Source of the DNA: an uncultured Acidobacteriota bacterium
Lineage (GTDB): Bacteria; Acidobacteriota; Terriglobia; UBA7540
DNA length: 64,000 nt
Direction of reading: 5' to 3'
Assembly: GCA_963804995.1 (NCBI GenBank)
Contig: CAWDSK010000003.1
Location: forward strand, 1,408,001 to 1,472,000
How positions within the stretch are numbered: position 1 is the stretch's first letter; each line of letters begins with the position of its first letter. Position numbers and translations under genes: made by a program. Below are positions 38,292-47,687 of the stretch, piece by piece. The notes beneath the pieces are model-generated. The model was not told where the DNA came from. It was given only the letters and a program-made list of their open reading frames with translations, and did no database searches.

Positions 38292-39181
38292 CGGTAATCC
38301 TCCAGATTGCGCCCCACCACTCGCATGAAGAAAAAGGCGACGATATTCGCCAGGATGATGGCAATCACTCCGCCCGCGGAGGCGCGCCCTACGTCCCATC
38401 CCAATAACGCGTCGCGAAAGATCAGATAAGCGAGGTTCGTGGAAGCAAGCCCCGGGCCTCCGCCCGTCGTAACATAGATCTCCGCAAAGAGGCTGAGAAA
38501 GAAAATCGTTTCCATCATCGCTACGACTGACATGGGCCGCAGCAGATGAGGCAACTCAATGTGATAGAAAAGCGCCACAGGCCCCGCGCCATCCAGGCGG
38601 GCCGCCTCTTTCAGTTCCGGGTTCAGCGACTGCAGCGCCGGAAGCAGGATCAGCACCGCAAAAGGAGTCCACTCCCAACTGACAATCAGAGCGATAGAGA
38701 GCAGCGGGACGTGGGAGAAGAATTCGATGGTACCGAGCCCGCAGGAGCGGGTGATCCAGGCGAAGAGCCCGAACACCGGGTTCATCAGCATGTTCTTCCA
38801 GATCAATGCGCTCACCGTGGGCATGACGAAGAACGGGGCAATGACCAGCCAGCGGCAGAGGTTGCGTCCCGGAAAATCCTTATCCAGCAGAACGGAGAAG
38901 AGCGTCCCCCCTACCAGTGTGACCAGCAGAACCAGCCCCACCAGAAACAGGGTGTTGCCCATGGCCACCCAGAGGGCGCGGTTGGTGAGGAGAGAGCGGT
39001 AATTCTCCCAGCCGGCGAAGGCGCTTTTTCCGGGAAGCAGAAGGTTATAGCGCTCCCCGGAAAACCAGAGCGTCATCGCCAGAGGTACGATCATCCACAA
39101 AAACAAAAAGGCGACGCAGGGCGCAAGCAGCGGCGCTGTGCGAAAACGGCGGTGCGATTTTTCGAGGCTGATCCCGTTCAC
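38288..39181 (-). CDS. smoF: Polyol ABC transporter permease (SmoF/MtlF-like)
   Basis: WMIVPLAMTLWFS..YNLL, APFFVMPTVSALIWKNM, EAARLDGA, TTGGGPG. Confidence 0.85.
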   Translation of the reverse strand: MNGISLEKSHRRFRTAPLLAPCVAFLFLWMIVPLAMTLWFSGERYNLLLPGKSAFAGWENYRSLLTNRALWVAMGNTLFLVGLVLLVTLVGGTLFSVLLDKDFPGRNLCRWLVIAPFFVMPTVSALIWKNMLMNPVFGLFAWITRSCGLGTIEFFSHVPLLSIALIVSWEWTPFAVLILLPALQSLNPELKEAARLDGAGPVALFYHIELPHLLRPMSVVAMMETIFFLSLFAEIYVTTGGGPGLASTNLAYLIFRDALLGWDVGRASAGGVIAIILANIVAFFFMRVVGRNLEDYR

Positions 39182-40548
39182 TTCCGTTGCCTTCCTGCGA
39201 TGGCGCGTTCGGTGTCCGCCTGCGCCCGCGCCAACGCTTGCTCCACCGTCACCGTCCCTGCCAATGCCGCGCTGATTTCCTGGCCGACTTCCGTGCCGAT
39301 GGCCTGAAACTCCGGAATGCCCACGTACTGAATCCCCACGTAAGGAACCGGCAAGGCGCTGGGCTTCCGATAATCCGCGTTCAGAATCCCCTCGCGTACC
39401 AGCGTTGCAAAGGGGGCGGCGCGCTGGTATTCAGGATTATCGTAAGTGGATTGCCGCGAGCCCGGGGGGACCCACAGCCAGCCATACCGCTCCCCCACCC
39501 GGACAATGTAACTGCGGCTGGTTGCCCACTTGACGAACTGTTTGGCGAGGGCGCTGCGCGGGGACGAGGTGGGAATGGCCAGCGCCCAGCTCCACACCCA
39601 GGCCGCGCCGTTGGGAAATCTGGCGACGGGCATCTTGGCGAAACCCGTGGTCGTGGCGACGCGGCTCTGGCGCGAGTCCAGAAAATAGGGCGCGGCCGAA
39701 GTAGCGTCCACCCACATGGCGCAGTTGCCGTTGGCGAACAGGGCGCGGTTTTCGTTGTAGCCGTTGGTAATGGCCCCCGGCGGCCCGTAGTTGCGCAGCA
39801 AGTCGACATAAAAACTTACGGCTTCAATCCAAGCCGGACTGGTGAGCTGCGGTTGCCAGTCAAGGTCGAACCAACGGCCGCCAAACGTGTGGACAAGGGT
39901 GCTGACGTAGCTTGTGTTCTGCCCCCAGCCGGGCTCGCCGCGCAGGCAGATGCCGTAGACGCCGTGCTCCGGGTCATGCAGCTTTTCGGCAAACTGGCAG
40001 ATCTGCTCGTAACGGGGCGCGAGGGGCATTTCGATCCCGGCCTTTTGGAACAGGTCCTTGCGGTAGTAAGTAAAGCTGCTCTCTCCATAAAAGGGCGCCG
40101 CGTACATTTTCCCTTGATACGAAAGGCCCTGGCGGATCACCTGAAAGATGTCGTCATATCCATAGTCCGCGCCCAGGTCGTCCACAGCAACCAGCCAGCC
40201 GCGCTCTCCCCAGAGGGGGGCTTCGTAGGATCCGATGGTAATTACATCAAAGGTGTTGCTGCCGGTAGAAATATCTACCGTCAATCGTTGCCGCAGGACG
40301 TTCTCGCCCAGGACCACCCAATTCAATTTGACGCCATTCTGCTTTTCGAATTCCTTGGAAAGCTGCTGCATCAGGATCATGTCAGCGTTGTTCACGGTGG
40401 CAATGGTCAGCTCCGGCCGAGAAGGCGGCGGATAGAGAATCCACGCCAGCAGCGCCGCGCCCAGCAACAGTCCAAGTTTTTTCCAAGTCAGATTTGCGGA
40501 TGCCATGTCATTGTGATCGGCAGTCGTCCCACCCGCTGGCCAGGACAT
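39178..40548 (-). CDS. smoE: Sorbitol/mannitol ABC transporter substrate-binding protein (SmoE/MtlE-like)
   Basis: LTIATVNN-x-DMI-x-MQ, LNWV-x-L-x-EN-x-LRQR, PFYGESS, GICLRG-x-x-GWG, IPEFQ-x-IGT. Confidence 0.87.
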   Translation of the reverse strand: MSWPAGGTTADHNDMASANLTWKKLGLLLGAALLAWILYPPPSRPELTIATVNNADMILMQQLSKEFEKQNGVKLNWVVLGENVLRQRLTVDISTGSNTFDVITIGSYEAPLWGERGWLVAVDDLGADYGYDDIFQVIRQGLSYQGKMYAAPFYGESSFTYYRKDLFQKAGIEMPLAPRYEQICQFAEKLHDPEHGVYGICLRGEPGWGQNTSYVSTLVHTFGGRWFDLDWQPQLTSPAWIEAVSFYVDLLRNYGPPGAITNGYNENRALFANGNCAMWVDATSAAPYFLDSRQSRVATTTGFAKMPVARFPNGAAWVWSWALAIPTSSPRSALAKQFVKWATSRSYIVRVGERYGWLWVPPGSRQSTYDNPEYQRAAPFATLVREGILNADYRKPSALPVPYVGIQYVGIPEFQAIGTEVGQEISAALAGTVTVEQALARAQADTERAIAGRQRK

Positions 40549-40566
40549 AGCGGCCTCGCGCTGGTC

Positions 40567-40745
40567 GGCTGGCGCCCCGACGAGTCGGGGCGATTTCCCA
40601 ACCGGATTTGTGCGGGCCTGCGGCTCATCCCAGTGGGCTGATAGTACGGCGTGCGGTCGGAAAGTCTATCCGCGTCCAGCCCTTGCCTGAAGAGTGTCCC
40701 TTCGGAACATCGCAGACCCCCAAGTGCCGGGGTCTGCGCCAGCCA
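40567..40745. repeat. REPIN/MITE-like element, degenerate paralog of the intron-interrupted element at 41073-43170
   Basis: Shares the GGCTGGCG left end, the CGATTTCCCAAC..TGCGGCT.ATCCCAGTGGGCTG core, and the TCGCAGACCCCCAAGT.CCGGGGTCTGCGCCAGCC right arm. Confidence 0.75.
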
Positions 40746-41080
40746 GCGGCACTCGGATGACCATGAAGCTAGCCCTCTCCGTTGGGGAGAGGGTGGACCG
40801 CAACCGGCGCTTTCACCAGCCCGGGCGGGCCGGGCCTACGCCCGCCGAAGGGGCTCGGGCAATACCTAGACCACTTCGGCTTCGGCCCGCAGGCGGGTGA
40901 GGGGTCACTTCCAGGCCGGCCAGCGAACACTCGGACTTTTTTCATCAGCTTGCTCATCCGACTGCGAGCGGGAGTCTACATCACGGCGAGCACTGCTTGC
41001 AAATTCCATTCAAAGTGCCGATTATGAGCGGTGGCAACAGTACCGATGTTGGATATAACGTTGGTGTCCGACGGCTGGCG

Positions 41081-42993
41081 GTTGCGGTAGGGATACCGGT
41101 TACCCGGTACCCCCCGCACGGATCCGTACGTGCGCTGGTTAGCGCATACGGCTCTTATCTCGGATGTGTGGCGGCGAACCGTTGGGATGGCCAAGGATGC
41201 ACAACGTGCGGAGCAGGCAACCAGCAGGCCGCAAGCTTCCCCAGTCGGTCCCAGTTGAGGCGGTGGCGTTGACTGCGTTGACGCAGTTGTGTTCGCCACA
41301 GTCGGGTCAACCGTTCCCGAAAGATTCGCAGGCGGTCGAGGTTTCCCGGTACCGCGTGATAGTTGAAGTAGCCTTGCACGACCGACCGGAGCCATTTACC
41401 CGTATCCGCGATGGGATCGTGCCGACGCTGCCGGAGTTGTTGCTTGAGTTCCTGCAACTTCCCCCGCAGGCGCTTGCTGATCGTCTTCCGCTTCACGGTA
41501 AATTGCCCCCTCCGGTTCTTCCCGCTGATATGCGTGAAGCCCAGAAAGTCGAACGTCTCCGGCTTACCTTCTCCTCTCCGTTTCCGGTAAAGTTCGGCAA
41601 ACGGCCCGAACTCGATCCGGCGCGTTTTGTCAGGATGCAGTTCCAATCCAAACTTCCCCACCCGCTCCCGGAAATCCTCCAGAAAGCGGTCGGCTTCCGT
41701 CTGCGATTGGAATCCAAGGACCGTATCGTCGGCATACCGCACCACGACCACGTCTCCCCGGGCGTGCTTCTTGCGCCACGCCTGCACCCACAGGTCAAAG
41801 ACGTAGTGCAGATAGATATTCGCCAGCAGGGGCGAGACCACCGCCCCTTGTGGCGTACCCATCTCCGTCTCCGACCATTCGCCTTCCTCCCTCACCCCGG
41901 CTTTCAGCCATTTCTGGATGAGCCGGAGAATCCGGGGGTCGGCGACGCGATGCTGCACGAACTTGAGCATCCATTCGTGGGATATCGAATCGAAAAATCC
42001 ACGAATGTCCGCGTCAAGAACGTAGTTCACGTGCTTCACCGTGAGCGCGTACGAGAGCGCGTCCAGCGCTTGATGCTGGCTGCATCCCGGTCGAAAGCCA
42101 TACGAGAAGCCCAGAAAGTCTTCCTCGTAAATCGCATTGAGGATGGTGACCACGGCCTGTTGGACGATCTTGTCCTCCAGTGCCGCAACCCCCAACGGAC
42201 GTTGCCGCCCGTCGCCTTTCGGGATATACGCCCTTCGCGAGGGCTTCGCTCGGAATGCTCCGCGGTGGACCCGGCTGTGCAGATCGACGAGTCGACCTTC
42301 CAGCCCGCTTTCATACTCCTGCCACGTCATGCCGTCTACTCCCGGTGCAGCTTTTCGCTTCAAGGCGTAAAAGCTTTCCCGCAGCAGATCGACCGTTAAG
42401 TGGTGGAGCAAGGCCGTGAACTTCATCTCCCTGTGTTCCTTCGCGGCTTTCCGCACACCCGCGAGTCCCTGGGACACGCGTGCCCCGCTCTGTGTCGGGT
42501 GCGTGTTAGGCCAACGGGTGTTCTCCTTGATCAGCGGCCTTCCCTCCTCATTCTCCGCCAACGGCTTCCCGTCTTTGTTCAAATGATTCATCGGTACTGT
42601 TCCGCTGTCCGACTCCTCGAAAGCGTGCAGGCGGGCTGTACGGCCATCGCCTTTTCCCGCCGTCCGGCCACGATCTACGGCGGCCGGCGCCTCCGAGGTC
42701 TCCCGGTTCTCGTGCAGAAAGTGTCTAGGCGTGTCTGGGGTCTACGACTACGCAGGACTGTGCCGGAACTCGCGTTGGCGTCCCGGCCTCATGTTGCCTT
42801 CCGTTTAGTCTGAAAACGTCGGCGTCCTGATTGGACATTTTCGAAGCTCAATACCCAGCCCACCTATTCCCCTGTTTACGCTTCACCGTGCGCCTCACGA
42901 CGCCCAGCGCAAAACTCGGGGCCGAGTGGATCGCTGCTCCTTCCTCGTGAGAAATTTTCATTCTCTGCTTTCTGCCGGTTTATCCCGGCGCAC
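41081..42993 (-). mobile_element. Group II intron (IIB-like, endonuclease-less), about 1913 nt
   Basis: Minus-strand 5' end GTGCG at 42993. Domain V/VI GAGCCGTATGCG..CGCACGTACGGATC..GGGGGGTACCGGGTAACCGGTATCCCTACCGCAAC ends at 41081. Internal RT ORF; EBS1 loop CAGACU at 42812-42807. Confidence 0.92.
41155..42591 (-). CDS. ltrA: Group II intron reverse transcriptase/maturase
   Basis: APGVDG, RPLG..EDKIVQ, SYGFRP, DI-x-x-FFD, GTPQG, RYADD, FDFLGF, and domain X (GYFNYH); no HNH domain. Confidence 0.95.
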   Translation of the reverse strand: MNHLNKDGKPLAENEEGRPLIKENTRWPNTHPTQSGARVSQGLAGVRKAAKEHREMKFTALLHHLTVDLLRESFYALKRKAAPGVDGMTWQEYESGLEGRLVDLHSRVHRGAFRAKPSRRAYIPKGDGRQRPLGVAALEDKIVQQAVVTILNAIYEEDFLGFSYGFRPGCSQHQALDALSYALTVKHVNYVLDADIRGFFDSISHEWMLKFVQHRVADPRILRLIQKWLKAGVREEGEWSETEMGTPQGAVVSPLLANIYLHYVFDLWVQAWRKKHARGDVVVVRYADDTVLGFQSQTEADRFLEDFRERVGKFGLELHPDKTRRIEFGPFAELYRKRRGEGKPETFDFLGFTHISGKNRRGQFTVKRKTISKRLRGKLQELKQQLRQRRHDPIADTGKWLRSVVQGYFNYHAVPGNLDRLRIFRERLTRLWRTQLRQRSQRHRLNWDRLGKLAACWLPAPHVVHPWPSQRFAATHPR

Positions 42994-43170
42994 CAGACCC
43001 CGGTACTTGGGGGTCTGCGATTTCCCAACGGGACTTTTAAGGGCTTGCGGCTGATCCCAGTGGGCTGGTAGTAGGCATGCTGTCGGAGAGTCCACTTGTG
43101 CCAATCCCGTGCCGGAAGAATGTCCTTTCAGGAAATCGCAGACCCCCAAGTACCGGGGTCTGCGCCAGCC
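42994..43170. repeat. REPIN-like element (right portion); its left arm is split by the intron
   Basis: 41073-41080 joined to 42994-43025 gives GGCTGGCGCAGACCCCGGTACTTGGGGGTCTGCGATTTCC, the exact reverse complement of 43131-43170. Confidence 0.9.
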
Positions 43171-43205
43171 AGCCGCCATAATCCAGCGGACCGGGGAGAA
43201 TCGAA

Positions 43206-44231
43206 ATGCTTCGCGCCACCATGACCAGTCCGGGGAAAATCGAGTTTACGGAAGTGCCGAAGCCTTTACTCGGCGACCACGACGTTTTGTTGCGCATCCG
43301 CCGGATTGGAATCTGCGGGTCTGATATCCACGTTTATCACGGTAAACATCCGTACACTTCCTATCCGGTTGTGCAGGGCCACGAATTCTGCGGGGAGGTT
43401 GCGGAAATTGGCCCGAGCGTCCAATCCTTTCACAGAGGCGATCTGGCCACGGCTCCTCCGCAGATTGTTTGTGGCGAGTGCCTGCCTTGCCGCGAGGGGC
43501 GCTATCACATCTGCGAGCGCCTGAAGGTAATGGGGTTTCAAGCCCCGGGAGTTGCGCAGGAGTTCTTCTCCCTCCCGGAATCTGCCTTGTTGAAACTGCC
43601 GGCAGGGTTCACGCTGGAATCGGGCGCGCTGGTTGAGCCGACGGCGGTCGCGATCCATGCCGTGGGCCGGGCGGGCAGTGTGGCGGGACTGAACGTGCTC
43701 GTCCTGGGTGCGGGACCCATCGGTAACCTGGTCGCCCAGGTGGCACGGTGGCGCCATGCTCGACGGGTAGCGATATCCGACCTCAGCAACCCGCGCTTGG
43801 AAATCGCCCGGCAATGCGGAATCGAACACACCATTAATTCCCGCGAGGCTCCTCTCGAAAATTACGTGGCGGAGGTGTTCGGCTCGAATCGCGCGGACGT
43901 GGCCTTTGAATGCGTGGGGGCCGCCGAAACCGCGAACCAGGCCATCCACAACGTCAGAAAGGGTGGCACCATTGTCGTGGTGGGGGTGTTTGGCGATCGC
44001 CCCCAGGTTGACTTGGGACTGGTGCAGGATCGCGAGCTCGAGCTGCGAGGGACCTTGATGTACCAGCGCCAGGACTACGTGGAGGCGATTCGCTGCCTCA
44101 GCGAGGGAGGTATCACGGTTGGCCCCCTGCTGACCAGGACATTCCCCTTCCGCCAATACCCCGAGGCGTATGCCTTCATCGAGGACAACCGCGAGAAGGT
44201 CATGAAGGTCATGCTGGAGTTTGACGAGTAA
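43206..44231 (+). CDS. Zn-dependent alcohol dehydrogenase (sorbitol/threonine dehydrogenase-like)
   Basis: GICGSD, GHE, CGECLPC..C and GAGPIG motifs; GGAG RBS. Confidence 0.9.
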   Translation: MLRATMTSPGKIEFTEVPKPLLGDHDVLLRIRRIGICGSDIHVYHGKHPYTSYPVVQGHEFCGEVAEIGPSVQSFHRGDLATAPPQIVCGECLPCREGRYHICERLKVMGFQAPGVAQEFFSLPESALLKLPAGFTLESGALVEPTAVAIHAVGRAGSVAGLNVLVLGAGPIGNLVAQVARWRHARRVAISDLSNPRLEIARQCGIEHTINSREAPLENYVAEVFGSNRADVAFECVGAAETANQAIHNVRKGGTIVVVGVFGDRPQVDLGLVQDRELELRGTLMYQRQDYVEAIRCLSEGGITVGPLLTRTFPFRQYPEAYAFIEDNREKVMKVMLEFDE

Positions 44232-44444
44232 GTTGAGCGGGGCGGAAAGAAAAACGGTGTATACTTTGACCGGGTAAAACGACCAGAAGGGATTTTCGGT
44301 CAAGACGTCAAGGACCTACGGACCAAAACACTATTGCGCGTGACCGTTCTCAGGCACATTTTGTCGCTCGCCCACCGCTATCCGCCTCTGTCTTCTGTCA
44401 AAGGCCTGATTCTCCAAGACTTCTCCCCAGTGCGAGGAAGCCCT

Positions 44445-46502
44445 ATGAACAGCAGTATTCGCTTATTCAGTTTTGTCATGCTTTGTACAGCTTTGTCAAC
44501 TTCACCGCGGCTTGTTGCCCAAGAACGGCCAGACCGGGATCCGTTTCTCCACTGGATGGATGAGATTGCGCAGCGGCAACTTCGCGATCGGGAAAACACG
44601 ATTGCCGCCATCCACACTGTGGCTGAGGCGGAGCACCGAAAGCAGTACGTCCGGGAAAAGCTAATCGAGATTCTGGGTGGCCTGCCAAACTACAGCGGTC
44701 CGCTGAACGCCAAGATCACGGGTCAAATTCAGGGGGACGGTTACACCATCGAGAAGGTAGTTTTCGAAAGCTTGCCAAACTTCTACGTGACGGCCAATGT
44801 CTATCGGCCGAACCAGCCCGGGCGCTACCCCGGTGTGCTGCTTCAAGCGGGCCATACGCAGGAGGGAAAGCCGGAGGATCAACGGCTGGCCGCTAATCTG
44901 GCTCTCAAGGGATATGTCGTGCTGGCTTTCGATCCCATCGGTCAAGGCGAAAGGGAGCAGACCTATGACCGGTTGACAGACCGGGCTGCCGCGGGGTGGT
45001 CCGTACCCGAGCACATTCAAGGGGGGGCGGAAGCCCAGCTTATCAATGAGGGCATGGGCCGCTGGTTCATTTGGGATGCCAAACGCGCGATCGACTATCT
45101 GGAAAGCCGCCCGGATGTGGACGCTTCACACCTGGGAGCCGCGGGTTGCTCCGGCGGTGGAGCCTTGACAACCTATATTGGCGCTCTCGATACGCGGCTT
45201 AAGGCAGTGGCGCCTTCCTGCTTCACTCAATCCATGCACGTGTTGTTTACCGGCCCTGACCCTGATTCCGAGATGAGCTTCCCGAAATCTCTCGTGAGTG
45301 GCCTGGATCACGCAGATTTTGCGGAATTGGCTGCTCCCACTCCCTGGCTGTTCCTCGCGACTGAGGGTGATTTCTTCACCCCCACGGGAGCCAAGATGGT
45401 TTATGACGAGGCCCGGCGCTGGTACGCGATTTACGGGGCGGAGGATAAAGTTCGCTACTTTGTGGGGCACGGCCCTCATGGCACACCGCTCGAAACCCGG
45501 CAAATCATGTACGAGTGGTTCAACCGCTGGCTCAAGAATGGCCAGGGGGATGACCATGAGCTGCCGGTACATCAGTACGCCAACTTTGAACTTCTGGCGA
45601 CGCCCACGGGTCATGTGGATGACTTGCCGGGTAGTCGTAAGGTCTATCAATTGATCATGGATGAGCTGCGTGCCAAGGAGCAGCCCGGAACAATTCCCGA
45701 TCTCTTGGCGGAGCTGCGAAAGTTGGGGGTCCCCACCGACGGTACTCCTCCCGATGTGAAGGTTGTCGATGATTCAAGAGTTCCCGAGGGCCGGCTTGAG
45801 CGCATCCGTTTTGAGAGTGAACCGGGCGTGGAGATTGGCGGAAAGCTCTACATTCCGGATTCCGCGGGGCGGAAGCCGGCAGTGCTGCTAGTGGCGGATG
45901 AATCCAGGAACTATTGGGTTCTGCCTACTGACGCGTTAGCTAAGAGGATGGCGAAGTTGGGGCGAGTCGTTCTCGAACTGGAGGTCCGTGACTCTCCGGG
46001 TGAACAAGGGCGGCCGTTTATCGGAAATTGGCAGACTAATGCCCGTGCCGATCAAATTGGGCGCAACCTTCCGGCGATGCGCGCGCATGACATTCTGCGT
46101 GGCATCGATGTGCTCACCGCACGCAGCGATGTTGACCCGGCCTCAATTCATGCGACTGCGCGGGATGCGAAGGGAGTTTGGCTCCTGCTGGCAGCAGCGA
46201 TGGACACCAGGATCAGCAAGATCTGGTTGGATAAGACCCCGTACAGTGTGCGGGAGGCTTTGAATCGGCCCATGAACGAAAACCTATTCGACGCGGTGAT
46301 TCCCGGCTTCGCGCTGCGTTGGGACTTGGAGGATCTGACCAAGGCTATGGGGAACCGTCCAGTGTTGTGGACCGACCCAAAGAACTGGCTGGGCAAGATT
46401 GTTCCTCTCGGTTCCACCTATCGGTACCGGTACGTGACTGGGGATACGACGGACCTGCTCAATGCACAAGACGACGAGATTATGGATGACTTCCTGAAGT
46501 GA
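44445..46502 (+). CDS. Secreted acetylxylan esterase-like double alpha/beta hydrolase (intact paralog of 2805-4863)
   Basis: IEKVVFES-x-P, DPIGQGER and GCSGGG nucleophile; signal peptide from ATG 44445. Confidence 0.8.
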   Translation: MNSSIRLFSFVMLCTALSTSPRLVAQERPDRDPFLHWMDEIAQRQLRDRENTIAAIHTVAEAEHRKQYVREKLIEILGGLPNYSGPLNAKITGQIQGDGYTIEKVVFESLPNFYVTANVYRPNQPGRYPGVLLQAGHTQEGKPEDQRLAANLALKGYVVLAFDPIGQGEREQTYDRLTDRAAAGWSVPEHIQGGAEAQLINEGMGRWFIWDAKRAIDYLESRPDVDASHLGAAGCSGGGALTTYIGALDTRLKAVAPSCFTQSMHVLFTGPDPDSEMSFPKSLVSGLDHADFAELAAPTPWLFLATEGDFFTPTGAKMVYDEARRWYAIYGAEDKVRYFVGHGPHGTPLETRQIMYEWFNRWLKNGQGDDHELPVHQYANFELLATPTGHVDDLPGSRKVYQLIMDELRAKEQPGTIPDLLAELRKLGVPTDGTPPDVKVVDDSRVPEGRLERIRFESEPGVEIGGKLYIPDSAGRKPAVLLVADESRNYWVLPTDALAKRMAKLGRVVLELEVRDSPGEQGRPFIGNWQTNARADQIGRNLPAMRAHDILRGIDVLTARSDVDPASIHATARDAKGVWLLLAAAMDTRISKIWLDKTPYSVREALNRPMNENLFDAVIPGFALRWDLEDLTKAMGNRPVLWTDPKNWLGKIVPLGSTYRYRYVTGDTTDLLNAQDDEIMDDFLK

Positions 46503-47659
46503 TGACTCAAGTGCAGCAGGCAAAGCGTTCTCGAAGGATAGTGGGCGCAATGGCACCGGCGATATTGCTGGTGGCGGCGGCATCCGTGTTGACCTTACCG
46601 CCACAAAAAGGAATACAGGCGGGTGTGACCCAAGCCTCACTGGATGGGAAGGAAGGCGCCGCAGTAACAGAGCGGGCCGGGGGCAATCCGTTCGTCCCCA
46701 TTGTACTTTCTCAATCGGGGCCGTCCCCGTACCGCTTGGCATCGATGTCCACGCTGAGACTCACGATGACCGGGCACACCGACCGTGTTTTCAGTGTGGC
46801 CTGGAGCCCTGACGGCAAGCGCCTGGCGACGGGGAGTGCCGACGGCACCGCCAGGGTTTGGGATGCCAATAGCGGGAAGGAATTACTCGTCTTACGCGGC
46901 CACCCCGACTTTGTTTGGAGCGTTGCCTGGAGCCCTGACGGTACGCGCTTAGCCACCGCCAGCGAGGACAACACGGTGAAGGTTTGGGACGCCGCGAGCG
47001 GTATGGAATTGTCGACGTTGAGGGGCCACACCGAATCCGTCCAAAGTGTGGCATGGAGTCCAGATGGCAAGTTCTTGGCGACCGCTAGCCGTGATACCAC
47101 GGCGAAGGTGTGGGATGCCGCGAGTGGTAAGCTACTCCAGACCATGAAGGGCCACATTGACTACCTGTGGGACGTGGCCTGGAGCCCGGACGGCACGCGC
47201 TTGGCGACGGCCAGTTGGGATACCACGGCGAAGGTGTGGGACGCCGCTAGCGGCAAGCTTCTTGTGACCCTGACCGGCCACGTTGCAATTGTTTACTGCG
47301 TGGCTTGGAGTCCCGATGGCAAATTCCTGGCCACGACGAGTGACGATCACACCGTGAAGATCTGGGACGCGGAAAGCGGCAAGGAATTGCGCACCCTCAA
47401 CGGCCACGAGGGCTTTGTCTTGAGCGCGGCTTGGCGCCCTGACGGCAGGCTCCTGGCGACGGGCAGTGTTGACCACACCGTAAAACTATGGGATCCGAAG
47501 GATGGAAAGCTCCTGGATACCCTGGAGGGCCACGGCGGGGTCGTTTGGAAAGTGGCGTGGAGCCCGGATGGCTCGCGCCTGGCGACGGCCTGTGGAGACT
47601 TCAAGGTCAGAGTGTATAACGTCGGGGCCGGCAGTGCAGCGCGCACACCCGTAACTTAA
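46502..47659 (+). CDS. WD40-repeat (7-bladed propeller) protein with an N-terminal hydrophobic signal/anchor
   Basis: Seven 42-aa GH..V-x-x-VAWSPDG-x-x-LAT-x-S-x-D-x-T-x-x-x-WD repeats; TGATG overlap with the upstream stop. Confidence 0.9.
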   Translation: MTQVQQAKRSRRIVGAMAPAILLVAAASVLTLPPQKGIQAGVTQASLDGKEGAAVTERAGGNPFVPIVLSQSGPSPYRLASMSTLRLTMTGHTDRVFSVAWSPDGKRLATGSADGTARVWDANSGKELLVLRGHPDFVWSVAWSPDGTRLATASEDNTVKVWDAASGMELSTLRGHTESVQSVAWSPDGKFLATASRDTTAKVWDAASGKLLQTMKGHIDYLWDVAWSPDGTRLATASWDTTAKVWDAASGKLLVTLTGHVAIVYCVAWSPDGKFLATTSDDHTVKIWDAESGKELRTLNGHEGFVLSAAWRPDGRLLATGSVDHTVKLWDPKDGKLLDTLEGHGGVVWKVAWSPDGSRLATACGDFKVRVYNVGAGSAARTPVT

Positions 47660-47687
47660 TTTTGAAAAATCAGGCGCGGAGAGAATC

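Noticed and set aside
39187..40641. Long antisense ORFs (this one, and 7676-8872, 41164-42399, 50216-51874, 57934-59316, 43266-44303)
   Set aside because: They are shadow frames of well-supported genes on the opposite strand in GC-rich DNA, with no recognisable motifs.
41155..42591. Retron, DGR or defence-associated reverse transcriptase
   Set aside because: It has domain X, a canonical GTGCG 5' end, domain V/VI and an EBS1 match. No TR/VR pair or msr-msd was seen.
46760..47620. WD40 repeats as a DGR target or CRISPR-like array
   Set aside because: These are in-frame protein repeats with differences at all base types, and no template repeat was found.
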